Shown: positions 1 to 9,474, counted from the first letter of the stretch. The stretch is DNA of 64,000 nt from Ignavibacteriota bacterium (GCA_963776895.1 CAVZOL010000001.1:25321-89320); one strand, 5' to 3'. Numbers and translations are program-made. The notes: generated by a model not told the origin, from the sequence alone.

Positions 1-1516
1 CGCCAGGTGTATTATCCGTGCCACCCCAATAGGTACCCCATAGCCGCGATCCTTGGGAAGTAAATTTTGCAATAAAGAGATTAACGCCTGGCCCCGCAAG
101 GGTAGTCTCGAATGCTCCCGAAGTCGCAATGCCGCTGGTAGAGCCGCTTTCCCCAATAAGTACTATATTGGTGGCACTATCGATTGCGATGCCGCATCCG
201 ACCGTATTCGAAGGACAAGGGCACATGGGCCCGGGCGGCGTCAGTCCATTTCCACTGTAATACGTAGCCCACCTTCGCACACCGTTACTATCGAAGGATG
301 CCAGAAACGCATCTTCATTGCCAGTAAATGTTGTTTGAAATGCGCCGGATGAGGCGATACCACTCGTACTGGTCGTATTGCCTGTGATAAGAATCCCACG
401 CGATGTATCGCACGCAATAGCAGCAGAATAATCATCGCCTTTTCCACCGTAATACGTGGCCCACATCAAATTCCCGCTGGATCCGAATTTCGCGATGAAG
501 CAATCGTACGCGCCGCCCCCATACGTTGTTTGGTATGCGCCGCTCGTCGCAATGTTCGCCGTGCCATCGGTATAGCCGTAGAGATCGGCGTTACCGGAAC
601 GATCCACAACGAGATCGGTCGCCGGCGTATAGTTATCTGTATCGGCCCATCCGTAATACGTTCCCCACAACCGTTGCGGATCGATATAGAGATCGCGCGC
701 ATGGTCATAGTTGCCGGTTTCGAAACTCACGGTATTATCGTGAAGTTTAAAACCGCATGGCACGTTTTCGTTTGTGCTCGCGCCGATCTGATATCCGTTC
801 GGTTTCGTCTCGTCCACGTTGCCATACGGCGATGCCAGATGAAACACACCACCCTCATCCACCGAAAGTGATGTCGCGTGATCGTAGCTCATCCGTATCA
901 CATTCGGATCGCCGCCGGGATGCACGATGAAATCGTATTCCAGGTAATCTTTCTGGGAGGGATTGTTCGTGTAGAATACGAGATCGATCTCCGGATAAAT
1001 ATTCTTATACACGATCGTTCGGAATCCCGGAACGTGCGTAATCCCGTCCGGACAATTGGTGAGATAGTAATTGGTGTAATCGCCGGTGGTATCGCTCGCG
1101 GCGATCTCCGCATCGGGATTCGCGCCGATAAAATTCACATCCACGCGGTACAGGCTCAGGGTGTCCTGGTTCCCAGAACCCTCTATGTCCATTGCATTCG
1201 GCGTCAAGGGTCTTCCGAGCGAATCCTTCGCGCGCGAAAGTTTTGAAAACACATAGTGCATCGAGCCTTTGGTGAAATACGTCTTCATCCCATAGCCATC
1301 GAGCGTATAAAGCACTTCCGGCATCGGTGCTCCATTTTGATCGGAAAGCTGCCCTCGGTTCGGGATAAATTTCAGGCTGCCCGATTGATCGAATGATCCA
1401 AACGAGGTTATTGCGGAGCCCCGATTCTCAATGGATTGCGCAAACACGCTGTCCGCTTGAACGATCAAGCAGAAACAAAAGAACGCGAATAGTATGTGAC
1501 GAGTGGTCCACAACAT
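1..1516 (-). CDS. Secreted SBBP-like beta-propeller repeat protein (3' end lies beyond window start)
   Basis: The minus-strand frame is open from ATG 1516..1514 to the window edge, so it has no in-window stop and is absent from the ORF track. My own translation starts MLWTTRHILFAFFCFCLIVQADSVFAQ (signal peptide). Repeated blocks follow, such as DLVVDRSGNADLYGYTDG..IATSGAYQTTYGG..DCFIAKFGSSGNLMWATYYGG, typical of SBBP-type repeats. Confidence 0.7.
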   Translation of the reverse strand, partial: MLWTTRHILFAFFCFCLIVQADSVFAQSIENRGSAITSFGSFDQSGSLKFIPNRGQLSDQNGAPMPEVLYTLDGYGMKTYFTKGSMHYVFSKLSRAKDSLGRPLTPNAMDIEGSGNQDTLSLYRVDVNFIGANPDAEIAASDTTGDYTNYYLTNCPDGITHVPGFRTIVYKNIYPEIDLVFYTNNPSQKDYLEYDFIVHPGGDPNVIRMSYDHATSLSVDEGGVFHLASPYGNVDETKPNGYQIGASTNENVPCGFKLHDNTVSFETGNYDHARDLYIDPQRLWGTYYGWADTDNYTPATDLVVDRSGNADLYGYTDGTANIATSGAYQTTYGGGAYDCFIAKFGSSGNLMWATYYGGKGDDYSAAIACDTSRGILITGNTTSTSGIASSGAFQTTFTGNEDAFLASFDSNGVRRWATYYSGNGLTPPGPMCPCPSNTVGCGIAIDSATNIVLIGESGSTSGIATSGAFETTLAGPGVNLFIAKFTSQGSRLWGTYWGGTDNTPG

Positions 1517-1636
1517 ATAGGACGACGATTAACAGAACAGTGAATAATGCGTATTGTCCCAAAATAATGCCCCAACGAAACATACTTGCCATGTAAGTAC
1601 GCTCGGCTCTGCGCGTGATCGCTTCGAATCAAACAA

Positions 1637-1810
1637 ATGGAAACACATTATGAAAAGATATTAGCGATTCTCGCTTGCCTCGTTTTCGCCTCGTGCGCTA
1701 CAACCAACCGACTGGTAACCATCGCCAAGTTTGTCGCGAAAACCTATCCTGTCGGTACCTATATCTCAACGCTGCATCCGATCTATGACTCGGTGCTCAA
1801 GGCACGGTGA
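1637..1810 (+). CDS. Possible small lipoprotein (57 aa)
   Basis: Below the ORF-track size cutoff. Translation: METHYEKILAILACLVFASCATTN..., with a lipobox-like LVFASC. It overlaps the hisD stop by 14 nt. No homology recognised. Confidence 0.3.
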   Translation: METHYEKILAILACLVFASCATTNRLVTIAKFVAKTYPVGTYISTLHPIYDSVLKAR

Positions 1811-3107
1811 GCGGAATTCTCGAAGTGAAGGGGGCAAGCTCCATAGAATAGTTCGAATTCGAACGAATTGCCATTGACCGTGCATGCCCCTCCAGCCCCT
1901 CTATTCTGGCAAGCGATTGAATGTCACCAGAGAGTAAGGTGGATGGGTTTGACACATCGAGCCACGTTTGAATTTTGAGAAAGTCGAACACGGCAAGGCC
2001 GCCACGCACTCGTGCTGTGGCTTGGGTTGGAAGCACATGATTCGGGCCGATACCGTAATCGCCAAGAACCTCTGCACTACCGGCTCCGATGAATAATCCT
2101 CCATAATTTCTAAGCAACGGCTGGATGACAGCAATCGCATTGCGATCCAGTTGCAGCGAAAGATGTTCCGGTGCAAGCGCATTGCAAACGCTCGCCATTT
2201 GTTCGAAACCCTCAACAACGATGCAAATACTTTTGCCGATCGATTCGCTTGCAATGTTTTGGGTAGATAGATCCGCAAGCTGCATTTCGATCTCTATTTT
2301 AACTTTGGGGAGCACGGAAGGATCGAGTGAAATGAGTATCACGCGTGCGTCGGGATCGTGTTCGGCCTGTGCGAGAAGGTCTGCGGCAATAAGCGCAGGG
2401 TCTGCCGATGCATCCGCGCAGACGGCAAGTTCCGAAGGTCCGGCAAGCATGTCTATCTTCACAAATCCAGCGACAATCTGTTTTGCGGCAGTGACCCAGC
2501 GGTTCCCAGGCCCAACAATAATGTCGAACTTCGGAACGGTTTCCGTACCAAAGGCCATTGCGGCGATCGCATGTGCGCCACCGGTGGCCAGCACGGCATC
2601 CGCCCCGGCTATTGCTGCTGCTGCCAGCGTGTGTATTGATGGCTTTGGCGACGCCACCCAAACTTCACGAACGCCAGCAACGCGCGCCGTAACTGCGGTC
2701 ATAAGAACGCTCAATGGCAGCGGATAACGCCCTCCGGGCGCATAACACGCAGCGCGTTCCAACGGCAGAACGGTGTGACCGGTAAAACCGCCATCGACTT
2801 CGATCGAAAGATCCGAAAGCGATGCTCTTTGCGCCTCTGCGAAGCGGCGAATGCGGCTGGCAGTTCGCTCAAGCATGCCGCGATCCTGCTCGTTCAATGT
2901 GTTCAAAGCTTCGAGCAGTCCGGCGCGATCAATGATGAGCGGAGCAGATGGCGCGATGTCACCAAATCGTTCCGAGTAATTTCGCAGCGCCGCATCTTTG
3001 CCGATGCGCACATCTTGAACGATCTTCTGAGCTTGCGGCAAAATATCATCCAACGCTGACGTAAGATCGAGCCGGAGGGCTTCCTCAACCGATAGTTGTT
3101 TAAGCAT
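1797..3107 (-). CDS. hisD: Histidinol dehydrogenase
   Basis: 436-aa ORF that is HisD-like throughout (GGAHAIAAMAFGTE, QAEHDPDA, GDYGIGPNHVLPT). It is the last gene of the his cluster and overlaps the upstream gene by 8 nt. Confidence 0.95.
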   Translation of the reverse strand: MLKQLSVEEALRLDLTSALDDILPQAQKIVQDVRIGKDAALRNYSERFGDIAPSAPLIIDRAGLLEALNTLNEQDRGMLERTASRIRRFAEAQRASLSDLSIEVDGGFTGHTVLPLERAACYAPGGRYPLPLSVLMTAVTARVAGVREVWVASPKPSIHTLAAAAIAGADAVLATGGAHAIAAMAFGTETVPKFDIIVGPGNRWVTAAKQIVAGFVKIDMLAGPSELAVCADASADPALIAADLLAQAEHDPDARVILISLDPSVLPKVKIEIEMQLADLSTQNIASESIGKSICIVVEGFEQMASVCNALAPEHLSLQLDRNAIAVIQPLLRNYGGLFIGAGSAEVLGDYGIGPNHVLPTQATARVRGGLAVFDFLKIQTWLDVSNPSTLLSGDIQSLARIEGLEGHARSMAIRSNSNYSMELAPFTSRIPLTVP

Positions 3108-4380
3108 TGGCGGTCTCCTTTGGTGGTTTTGCTAATCCGGGGCGGCGCGTGAGTTTCAGCGCGCGCCGGTCCAATTCGCGCTCAACATCTGCAAGCCGGA
3201 CGTTCTGCTTTTTCATCGCGACCATCATAAAATACAGTAAATCGGCTGCTTCGTGAATGGCTTCTCTATCCGTTGCAACTGCAAGCTCGCCAGCTTCTTC
3301 CAGCAATTTCGATGCAAGCAGGTCTGGTGAGTTAAAAAGCTTCGAGGTGTATGAGCCTTCGGTTGCAACAGAGGAACGTTCCTGAATCCGCTTTTCTAAC
3401 GATTGCAACCCATGCTGATTTCCCCAACAGGTGTCAGTATTAGTATGGCAAAATCCAGCGCCCTGTTGGCGAACGGTAAAACGCAACGTGTCACGGTCGC
3501 AATCGAGATCGATCCGAATGAGTTCCTGCACGCTCCCGGAAGTTTCTCCTTTTCGCCACAATCCTCGGCGGCGTGAGAAGTAATATCCTTCTCTGTTTTC
3601 GATGGCATGATGAAGGCTTTCTTTGCTCGAATAAACAAGCCCTAGCGCTACGCCAAGCTCATCGGTCACGACGGTGGGCCATAATCCATCCAGCCTATCC
3701 GATTGAAGCAATGCGGCAAAAACATCGGCAAGATCGAAGCGGCCAGTGTATAATGCCATGCCAACTTGTGCGTCAACCCCCATAGCATCGAGCTTTGCGA
3801 TTTCTTCGGCAGAGGAAATTCCTCCAGCAATGGTAAGCTTGGCATCTCCGGCGGCTTCTCGTAATTGTTCGACAATTGAGAAATCCGTTCCCACCATTCT
3901 TCCTTCGCGCTCGATAAGCGTAACAAGGAACCCGCCGGTGTAAGGCGCTAGCTCGCGCATACGATCGAGCAATTGCGCGCCGGTTCCGCGCCGCCATCCT
4001 TCAACGAAGATTTCGCCATTGCGCGCATCGAGTGCAACGATCGTGCGTTCCTTCGGCAACTGTAGAAGCAGATCCCTACTGGCCGCAGTACCGAGAATAA
4101 TCTTGGAAGCACCTTGATCGAGCCATTCGATCGCTCGTTCGCGCGAACGAATTCCACCGCCAACACGGAATGATGCGAGCGAAAGCAGTTCCTGGAGCAA
4201 TGCTGCGTTCCCAACATTCGCATCATCGCGCGCCGCATCAAGATCGATCAACGCGACTTCACCAACAAGTCCGAATTTCTTAGCAATAGGACGCGGATCG
4301 CCTGCAACGAGAGCTTCCGTCTCGCCGCCGATGAGCTGCACTACTTGCCCGGCTTGAATATCGATAGAGGGAATGATCAT
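3100..4380 (-). CDS. hisA/hisIE: Fused ProFAR isomerase (HisA-like) / phosphoribosyl-AMP cyclohydrolase / phosphoribosyl-ATP pyrophosphatase (HisI-HisE)
   Basis: 426 aa. The N-terminal ~230 aa are a HisA-type barrel (MIIPSIDIQAGQVVQL, VGGGIRS, IAGGISS). The middle is HisI-like (RRRGLWRKGETSG, DCDRDTL, CHTNTDTCW). The C-terminus is HisE-like (GSYTSKLF, EEAGELA, EAADLLYFMMVAM). Confidence 0.88.
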   Translation of the reverse strand: MIIPSIDIQAGQVVQLIGGETEALVAGDPRPIAKKFGLVGEVALIDLDAARDDANVGNAALLQELLSLASFRVGGGIRSRERAIEWLDQGASKIILGTAASRDLLLQLPKERTIVALDARNGEIFVEGWRRGTGAQLLDRMRELAPYTGGFLVTLIEREGRMVGTDFSIVEQLREAAGDAKLTIAGGISSAEEIAKLDAMGVDAQVGMALYTGRFDLADVFAALLQSDRLDGLWPTVVTDELGVALGLVYSSKESLHHAIENREGYYFSRRRGLWRKGETSGSVQELIRIDLDCDRDTLRFTVRQQGAGFCHTNTDTCWGNQHGLQSLEKRIQERSSVATEGSYTSKLFNSPDLLASKLLEEAGELAVATDREAIHEAADLLYFMMVAMKKQNVRLADVERELDRRALKLTRRPGLAKPPKETANA

Positions 4381-5129
4381 AATCTGACTGGTACTCCGAA
4401 GGATTGTAATTCTTGTTTGATCGCGCGAATGGTATAATCCCCGTCATGAAAAAGTGAAGCAGCCAAAAGCCCGGATGCGCCTGCTGCAAACGCTTCTGCA
4501 AGGTGACGAGCATTTGCTGCTCCGCCGGACGCAATAACGGGAATCTTAACTGCGGTTGTGATCTTGGTGAGTAATTCGAGATCGTATCCGGAGCGTGTGC
4601 CATCCTTGTCCCAACTGGTAAGCAATATCTCACCAGCTCCACGCTCTTCCGCTTCCGTGGCCCACGCCATGACGGAACGCGGAGTTTCGGTTCTTCCACC
4701 ATCGGCGAGCACACGCCAATTGTCATTTTCCGCATGAGCATCGATGGCGAGCACTGTACATTGATTCCCAAAACGTTCGGCAATACGATTTATTAGATTG
4801 GGATCGCGCAGCGCGGCCGTGTTGATGCTAATCTTGTCTGCGCCGACAGATACTAACGCTTCGCAATCTTCTACAGAGCGAACGCCGCCACCTGCGGTCA
4901 ATGGGATAGAAACCTCTCGGCGAATGGCGCGGATGGTAGCGAGATTATTTTGCCTTGCTTCAAGAGTTGCAGAAATATCAAGAATGACAATTTCATCGGC
5001 TCCATCGGCTTCGTACCGTGCTGAAAGCTCGACCGGATCGCCGGCATCGCGCATATTGGAGAAACGCACGCCTTTCACCACGCGGCCTCCGTCGCAATCG
5101 AGGCATGGTATGACTCTCGCTTTCAGCAT
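4377..5129 (-). CDS. hisF: Imidazole glycerol phosphate synthase, cyclase subunit
   Basis: HisF-like: MLKARVIPCLDCDGGRVVKGVRF, GADEIVILDI, GADKISINTAA, IASGGA. I chose the start at the internal Met just after the hisH stop; the track ORF extends to 5177. Confidence 0.93.
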   Translation of the reverse strand: MLKARVIPCLDCDGGRVVKGVRFSNMRDAGDPVELSARYEADGADEIVILDISATLEARQNNLATIRAIRREVSIPLTAGGGVRSVEDCEALVSVGADKISINTAALRDPNLINRIAERFGNQCTVLAIDAHAENDNWRVLADGGRTETPRSVMAWATEAEERGAGEILLTSWDKDGTRSGYDLELLTKITTAVKIPVIASGGAANARHLAEAFAAGASGLLAASLFHDGDYTIRAIKQELQSFGVPVRL

Positions 5130-5737
5130 GATCCCTCCGCAGTGCAAAGCCATCGGCGCAGCAAGTCCAAACCCCATGCGCCAGACAGTTCCGGGTGAAA
5201 TTGACAGGCCAGAAGGTTCCCGCTCTCGAATGCAGAGACAAACGGCTCTTGATAGCAGGTCATACCAACCGTTGCAACGCCCGAAAGTGCAAGCAATCGG
5301 TAGGAGTGTGTGAAATACGCATCGCCGGTGCGAAGAAATTTTGCGTCATCCGACGGCTCAACGGTATTCCATCCGACATGTGTCTTCAGAACGCCGCTCG
5401 GAAATCCCACTAAATTCCCTTGCAGAATAGATAATCCTGCAACGCCAGGGCTTTCATCACTCAATGTAAATAGTAGCTGCATGCCAAGGCATATCGCAAG
5501 GATCGGAGTACCATCCGAAAACTTTTTCAGCAGCGGATCAATGATTTTTTCCTTTTCAAGTCGTTCCATAGCCGCTCCGAAGTTCCCGACGCCGGGAAGA
5601 AGAATACGCTCAGCTTGCAGAATATCCGGCGCATCCTGCGCAAGGCGTGGCGATGCACCGGCGCGCTTCAGCGCACTCATCACAGAGGCTGTATTCGCCG
5701 CACCTGTTGGAATGATCGTAACTTCAGGCGTTTTCAT
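5123..5737 (-). CDS. hisH: Imidazole glycerol phosphate synthase, glutamine amidotransferase subunit
   Basis: 204-aa class-I GATase: ILLPGVGNFG, ICLGMQLLF (Cys nucleophile), QFHPELS. Confidence 0.93.
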   Translation of the reverse strand: MKTPEVTIIPTGAANTASVMSALKRAGASPRLAQDAPDILQAERILLPGVGNFGAAMERLEKEKIIDPLLKKFSDGTPILAICLGMQLLFTLSDESPGVAGLSILQGNLVGFPSGVLKTHVGWNTVEPSDDAKFLRTGDAYFTHSYRLLALSGVATVGMTCYQEPFVSAFESGNLLACQFHPELSGAWGLDLLRRWLCTAEGSC

Positions 5738-6321
5738 CGAACCACGCCTTTCGTGCTTGGAATATCATTAAATGTGGTAAGAGCGATCGCATCTCGAAGC
5801 GCGCGAGCAAGGGATTTAAAAGCGGCTTCCGCTTTATGGTGATCGTTCTCTCCGCGAAGCGTATCGAGGTGAAGCGAACAACGAAGCGTATTCGCGAACG
5901 AGCTAAAAAAGTGCGTGATATTTTCCGTAGCTACGCCGCCGATCTGTTCGCGCTTAAGGTGGAGCGCAACAATGGCTGTTGAGCGTCCACAAAGATCAAT
6001 TACACAGCGGACAAGCGTTTCGTCCATCGGAACAAAACTTTGGCCGAACCGCTCAATGCCGCGCCCATCTCCGAGTGCTTTCCCAATGGCTTCGGCGATA
6101 ACAATCGCGCAATCTTCAACCGTATGGTGGTCGTCGCACGAAAGATCCCCGATACAGGTAAGTTCCAGATCCATTCGGCTGTGCTTCGCAAACGCATTCA
6201 GCATGTGATCGAAAAAGCCGAGACCGGTATTCACGGTGCTTTGTCCTGAGCCGTCAAGATTCAGCGTGCAGGTAATGCGAGTTTCTTTCGTAGTGCGTTC
6301 TATAGTGGCAGTTCGTGTCAT
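5734..6321 (-). CDS. hisB: Imidazoleglycerol-phosphate dehydratase (monofunctional)
   Basis: 195 aa with GFFDHML, DDHHTVED and NDHHKAEA motifs. ATGA overlap with hisH. No N-terminal phosphatase domain. Confidence 0.93.
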   Translation of the reverse strand: MTRTATIERTTKETRITCTLNLDGSGQSTVNTGLGFFDHMLNAFAKHSRMDLELTCIGDLSCDDHHTVEDCAIVIAEAIGKALGDGRGIERFGQSFVPMDETLVRCVIDLCGRSTAIVALHLKREQIGGVATENITHFFSSFANTLRCSLHLDTLRGENDHHKAEAAFKSLARALRDAIALTTFNDIPSTKGVVR

Positions 6322-6332
6322 GGGTGAATGGA

Positions 6333-7391
6333 TTAATTTAGTGAGCCAGCTCGTAGTGCTTCGTTTAGCGTTGATTGCAGAAGTGCGAATGCTTCCGAAT
6401 CACCCGGCATTGTAAGCCTGCGAGCGTTCTGTAATAGTGGTTGATCGGGAAATGCGCGTGTGCGAATCCCATTTGAGCGCAGAATGCTATCGAATCGCTC
6501 GGCAGCGCTTGGGAGCAAAAGTATAAAATTGGATTGAGATGGAATGAATCGTATTGCGCGAGTTGAGCACCATTGTTGAATCAAGTCCCGCTGAGATCGA
6601 ATCTTCTCAACGTACCTGCGCATTTCGATCTCAAATCGCTCGAAATTTGTGGAGACCATTTCAATGGAAGCAGCCGCTACCGAATACGGCCCACCAACAG
6701 CGAGCATCGCGCCGATCAGTTTTTCATTTCCGAGCGTGTACCCAACGCGAATTCCGGGCAGTCCCCATGCTTTTGAAAAACTTCTAACGAGTAGTACATT
6801 CGGAAATCGAAGGAGATCCATCGTTGGATCATTGTCCGCAAATTCGACATAAACAAGATCGATCAGAACTACAATGTTAGGATTTCGATTCGCGCATTGG
6901 GAAGCTATTTCCTTTATAGTATCGTCGGGAATTACTTGCCCTGTCGGATTATTCGGGCTTACCAACACCACAAGCCGAGTTTGATCGGATAATTTATCGA
7001 GGAGCGACGATGCAGAAACTTCCCCATCTAACCACGGTACCATTATGATCGATGCACCAGAAAGCGCTCCAAACCGAACGATCATCTCGAAAGAGGGAGC
7101 GAAAGTTAACAATTCGTCACCCGGAGTAAGAAAAGCACGGCAGGCCCGGTCGAGCGATTCATCGGCACCGGCGGTAACTATTACATTCTCTGAACGAACG
7201 CCGAAACGGTTCGCTATCTTGGATTCGAACTCGCGGGCTGACGGATAGTTCGAAGAAGATGCAAGTGAAATATTTCAGCGTTAGATCGCGGTAAGGAACG
7301 GGCGGTTCCGTCCTATCCAAATAGAGCCGAATGAGCGGATCTACCGTCGGAGCCTGATACCCAGTGCTAAGAAAATCTTCACCATACTCAT
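6333..7391 (-). pseudogene. hisC: Histidinol-phosphate aminotransferase, reading frame interrupted by two compensating 1-nt shifts
   Basis: The ATG 7391..7389 overlaps the hisG stop (ATGA) and gives MSMVKIF. The next ~35 codons (LSTGYQAPTVDPLIRLYLDRTEPPVPYRDLTLKYF) read in another frame. From ~7270 the original frame resumes (SSSNYPSAREFESKIANRFGV...TAGADESL... through the 259-aa track ORF containing SFSKAWGLPGIRVGY). Confidence 0.85.
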
Positions 7392-8265
7392 GGTACGATC
7401 TGGCTGGGATTGGTGATGATGATGTCCGTGCCGCCGGAACGCTTGAGTTGGGGGATGAGGCTTGGCAGCACCATCGGCTGATCGCGGCTTTCACGGCATA
7501 GCCTTGATTCCCGTGGAGTGCGGAGATCGTGGCCTCGCGCATGGCGGGAAGTAATTGTACCACGCGGTCCAGCGCATCGGCTGTGACATTGAGTTCCAGC
7601 ATCACCCGTTGGCGCGCATCCAGCACGGAGCGCAGCAGGAGCGTAAAGCTCTCGATCGCTTCGCGTTTGTCGGGAACTTGCCATGCCTGCCGACTGCAAT
7701 ACAGCCGCGTGGAGGATTTCATCAGCGTATCGATCACTTGCAAGCCGTTGGCTTGAAGCGTCGAGCCGGTGGCTGTAATATCTACTACGCAATCGGCGTC
7801 CTCGGGTGGGAACACTTCGGTCGCGCCGAACGAGCGGACGCACGTTGCGGCGAGGCCAGTCTGTTTGATCCATCGCGAAGTAAGGCTCAGATATTCCGTT
7901 GCAATGACGATCGGACGCGTGCTTCTCTCGCGTAGTGAGGCCGCAATTTCTCCGGGAGCAGCAGCAACGAGCGAGACGGGATCGAATTCTGTGTCGAGCA
8001 GTGAGATCAACTCGCCATCGAGTTCAGCGACCCAGTCAGCGCCTGCGAAACCGAGATCCCGGAAACCAAGATGCAACATCTCGACGATATTTTGCGGCTT
8101 GAGTATCTTCACCTCGAATCCGGGAACAGAAACCGTTGGGCGATAGCCACGGCTGCCTTGTTTCAGGTGAATTCCTGCATCTTCAAGCAGACGAAATACG
8201 GCTTCTTGCATGCGGCCTTTCGGCAGCGCAAGGCGAAGCGGAGCAGCGTTCGGTGTTGTCGGCAT
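7388..8265 (-). pseudogene. hisG: ATP phosphoribosyltransferase (long form), frame shifted near 7475-7486
   Basis: The N-terminal ~260 aa are HisG-like (LRLALPKGRMQE, DITATGSTLQANGL). The expected regulatory-domain end (RDQPMVLPSLIPQLKRSGGTDIIITNPSQIVP*) is in the -1 frame and stops at 7388. Confidence 0.88.
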
Positions 8266-8321
8266 TTGTTGTGCTTTGTGAAAAGCCGGAAGCGGTGCCG
8301 AGCGCAGCGAAGGAATTGCTG

Positions 8322-8354
8322 TAAAACAGCAGCGCCGGCATTACGGGCCGGCGC
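8322..8354 (-). terminator. his attenuator: intrinsic terminator between leader ORF and hisG
   Basis: The minus-strand RNA is GCGCCGGC-CCGUAAU-GCCGGCGC followed by UGCUGUUUUA. That is a perfect 8-bp GC stem plus U-tract, 28 nt after the leader stop and ~57 nt before the hisG ATG. Confidence 0.8.
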
Positions 8355-8382
8355 TTAAGAAACTCTGGAATAGGTTCAAACG

Positions 8383-8439
8383 TCACCGGCCACGCGTATG
8401 GTGGTGGTGGTGCTGGGTGGCGTTTGTACGTAAATTCAT
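8383..8439 (-). promoter_or_regulatory. hisL: his operon leader peptide ORF (18 aa, five consecutive His codons)
   Basis: ATG AAT TTA CGT ACA AAC GCC ACC CAG CAC CAC CAC CAC CAT ACG CGT GGC CGG TGA translates to MNLRTNATQHHHHHTRGR. AAGGGAGA lies 8 nt upstream. It is followed by the terminator hairpin. Confidence 0.85.
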
Positions 8440-8792
8440 AATTGTATCTCCCTTAACCTTTTACCCTCATCCGAAGTTCCGGCTCTAATGGAGAACCAAA
8501 TTATTCCACCGGCGCAAGTACAAATCGTACTAAAGCGAAAACAAATCGGCGGTTTCCAAAAGAATTGAAGTCAAATTCAATGCAGAATAGCAACGGTGGT
8601 ATTGGTCGGATGTTTCCAGATATGAACATAACTAATCGGGAGGTCTCATGTCATTTCGATCCATTACCGCATTTGTGCTTTTTTCTAATAGTTCGCATTA
8701 CTGGTGTTCTGCGCACGCAGGGTTGCGGCGGTGAGCAGAAGCAGCGAGGGAAGGATTCCGCGAATAGCGAGGGATTTGAGTGAAGTCATGAG

Positions 8793-8870
8793 TTAATGTT
8801 TAAATAAAAGCTTGCAAAGCACGATAAATACGAAGATAGCGCCGCCCGACACGGGTCTTGAAACTGTCAT
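8793..8870 (-). CDS. Tiny hydrophobic peptide (25 aa), paralogue of 9475..9546
   Basis: MTVSRPVSGGAIFVFIVLCKLLFKH. It shares the pattern MTVS-x2-VS-x2-AIF-x-FIVLC-[KR]-L-x-F and ~70% nucleotide identity with the second copy. Confidence 0.35.
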   Translation of the reverse strand: MTVSRPVSGGAIFVFIVLCKLLFKH

Positions 8871-9021
8871 TGTATTTTTAAAGAAAGATATACCTGCACC
8901 CAATGTTGGGTGTTAAAATCGTTTTTACACAAAGCGCTGCCCAGACCCGATAAAACGGGCTTGTTTAGCGAGAATTTTTCTATTGTTATTGAAGGTTAAG
9001 GAATAGCATCATTAACCGGAA

Positions 9022-9278
9022 CCATGCTCAGAGATCATCGCAACCACGTTCATCATCGCTGCTGATAATGATGCGCTACGACTAATCGTGGCGCTATGTG
9101 AGTCGCGCCACGACTAATCGTTGCGCGTTAAGCCCACCCTCAATGGTGTTACCCATCGCCGGTGAACCGTTCACGTTACGGATGCTTACCAAGCATCTCA
9201 CGGGATGATCGGCATCGTCGCCGATGGAGTTCATCCTTAGTGAACTATCTCAAGTATCGCAACCAAATTTGAGCATGG
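9022..9278. ncRNA. Candidate structured RNA or MITE-like element (family not recognised)
   Basis: A 9-bp closing pair CCATGCTCA/TGAGCATGG encloses at least five hairpins. These include two near-identical tandem hairpins GCGCuACGA-CTAA-TCGTgGCGC (9073-9094) and CGCGCcACGA-CTAA-TCGTtGCGCG (9104-9127). There is no convincing ORF, and the strand is undetermined. Confidence 0.25.
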
Positions 9279-9474
9279 AGAACTCATGTCAAGAGTTCAG
9301 CCATGGGATCGAACGCGCAGCTAAACGGAAGCGAGAACCCGCCTGACCTGCAGCGATCAATCGAAAACCGACCGATCATTTCGATTTTGAGCGGTGTAAC
9401 TAAAAGCGAGACTTACTTACACCGGAATTATTCTCCGAAAAAGGCTGACGTAAAAACCGCTATGCAAGCAGCGC

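Noticed and set aside
2125-2727. 200-aa plus-strand ORF and other ORFs of 60 aa or more antisense to or overlapping his genes, obg, relA, alr and others
   Set aside because: All overlap strongly supported genes in other frames and have biased, motif-free sequences.
8880-9470. tmRNA, RNase P RNA, SRP RNA or 6S RNA in the non-coding island
   Set aside because: I looked on both strands for the hallmarks: GGGG...UCCACCA ends with an ...ALAA tag, GAGGAAAGUCC, and GGAAGGAAGCAGCC-type helix 8. None is present. CAGGUCAGG at ~9340 (minus strand) is only a chance partial match.
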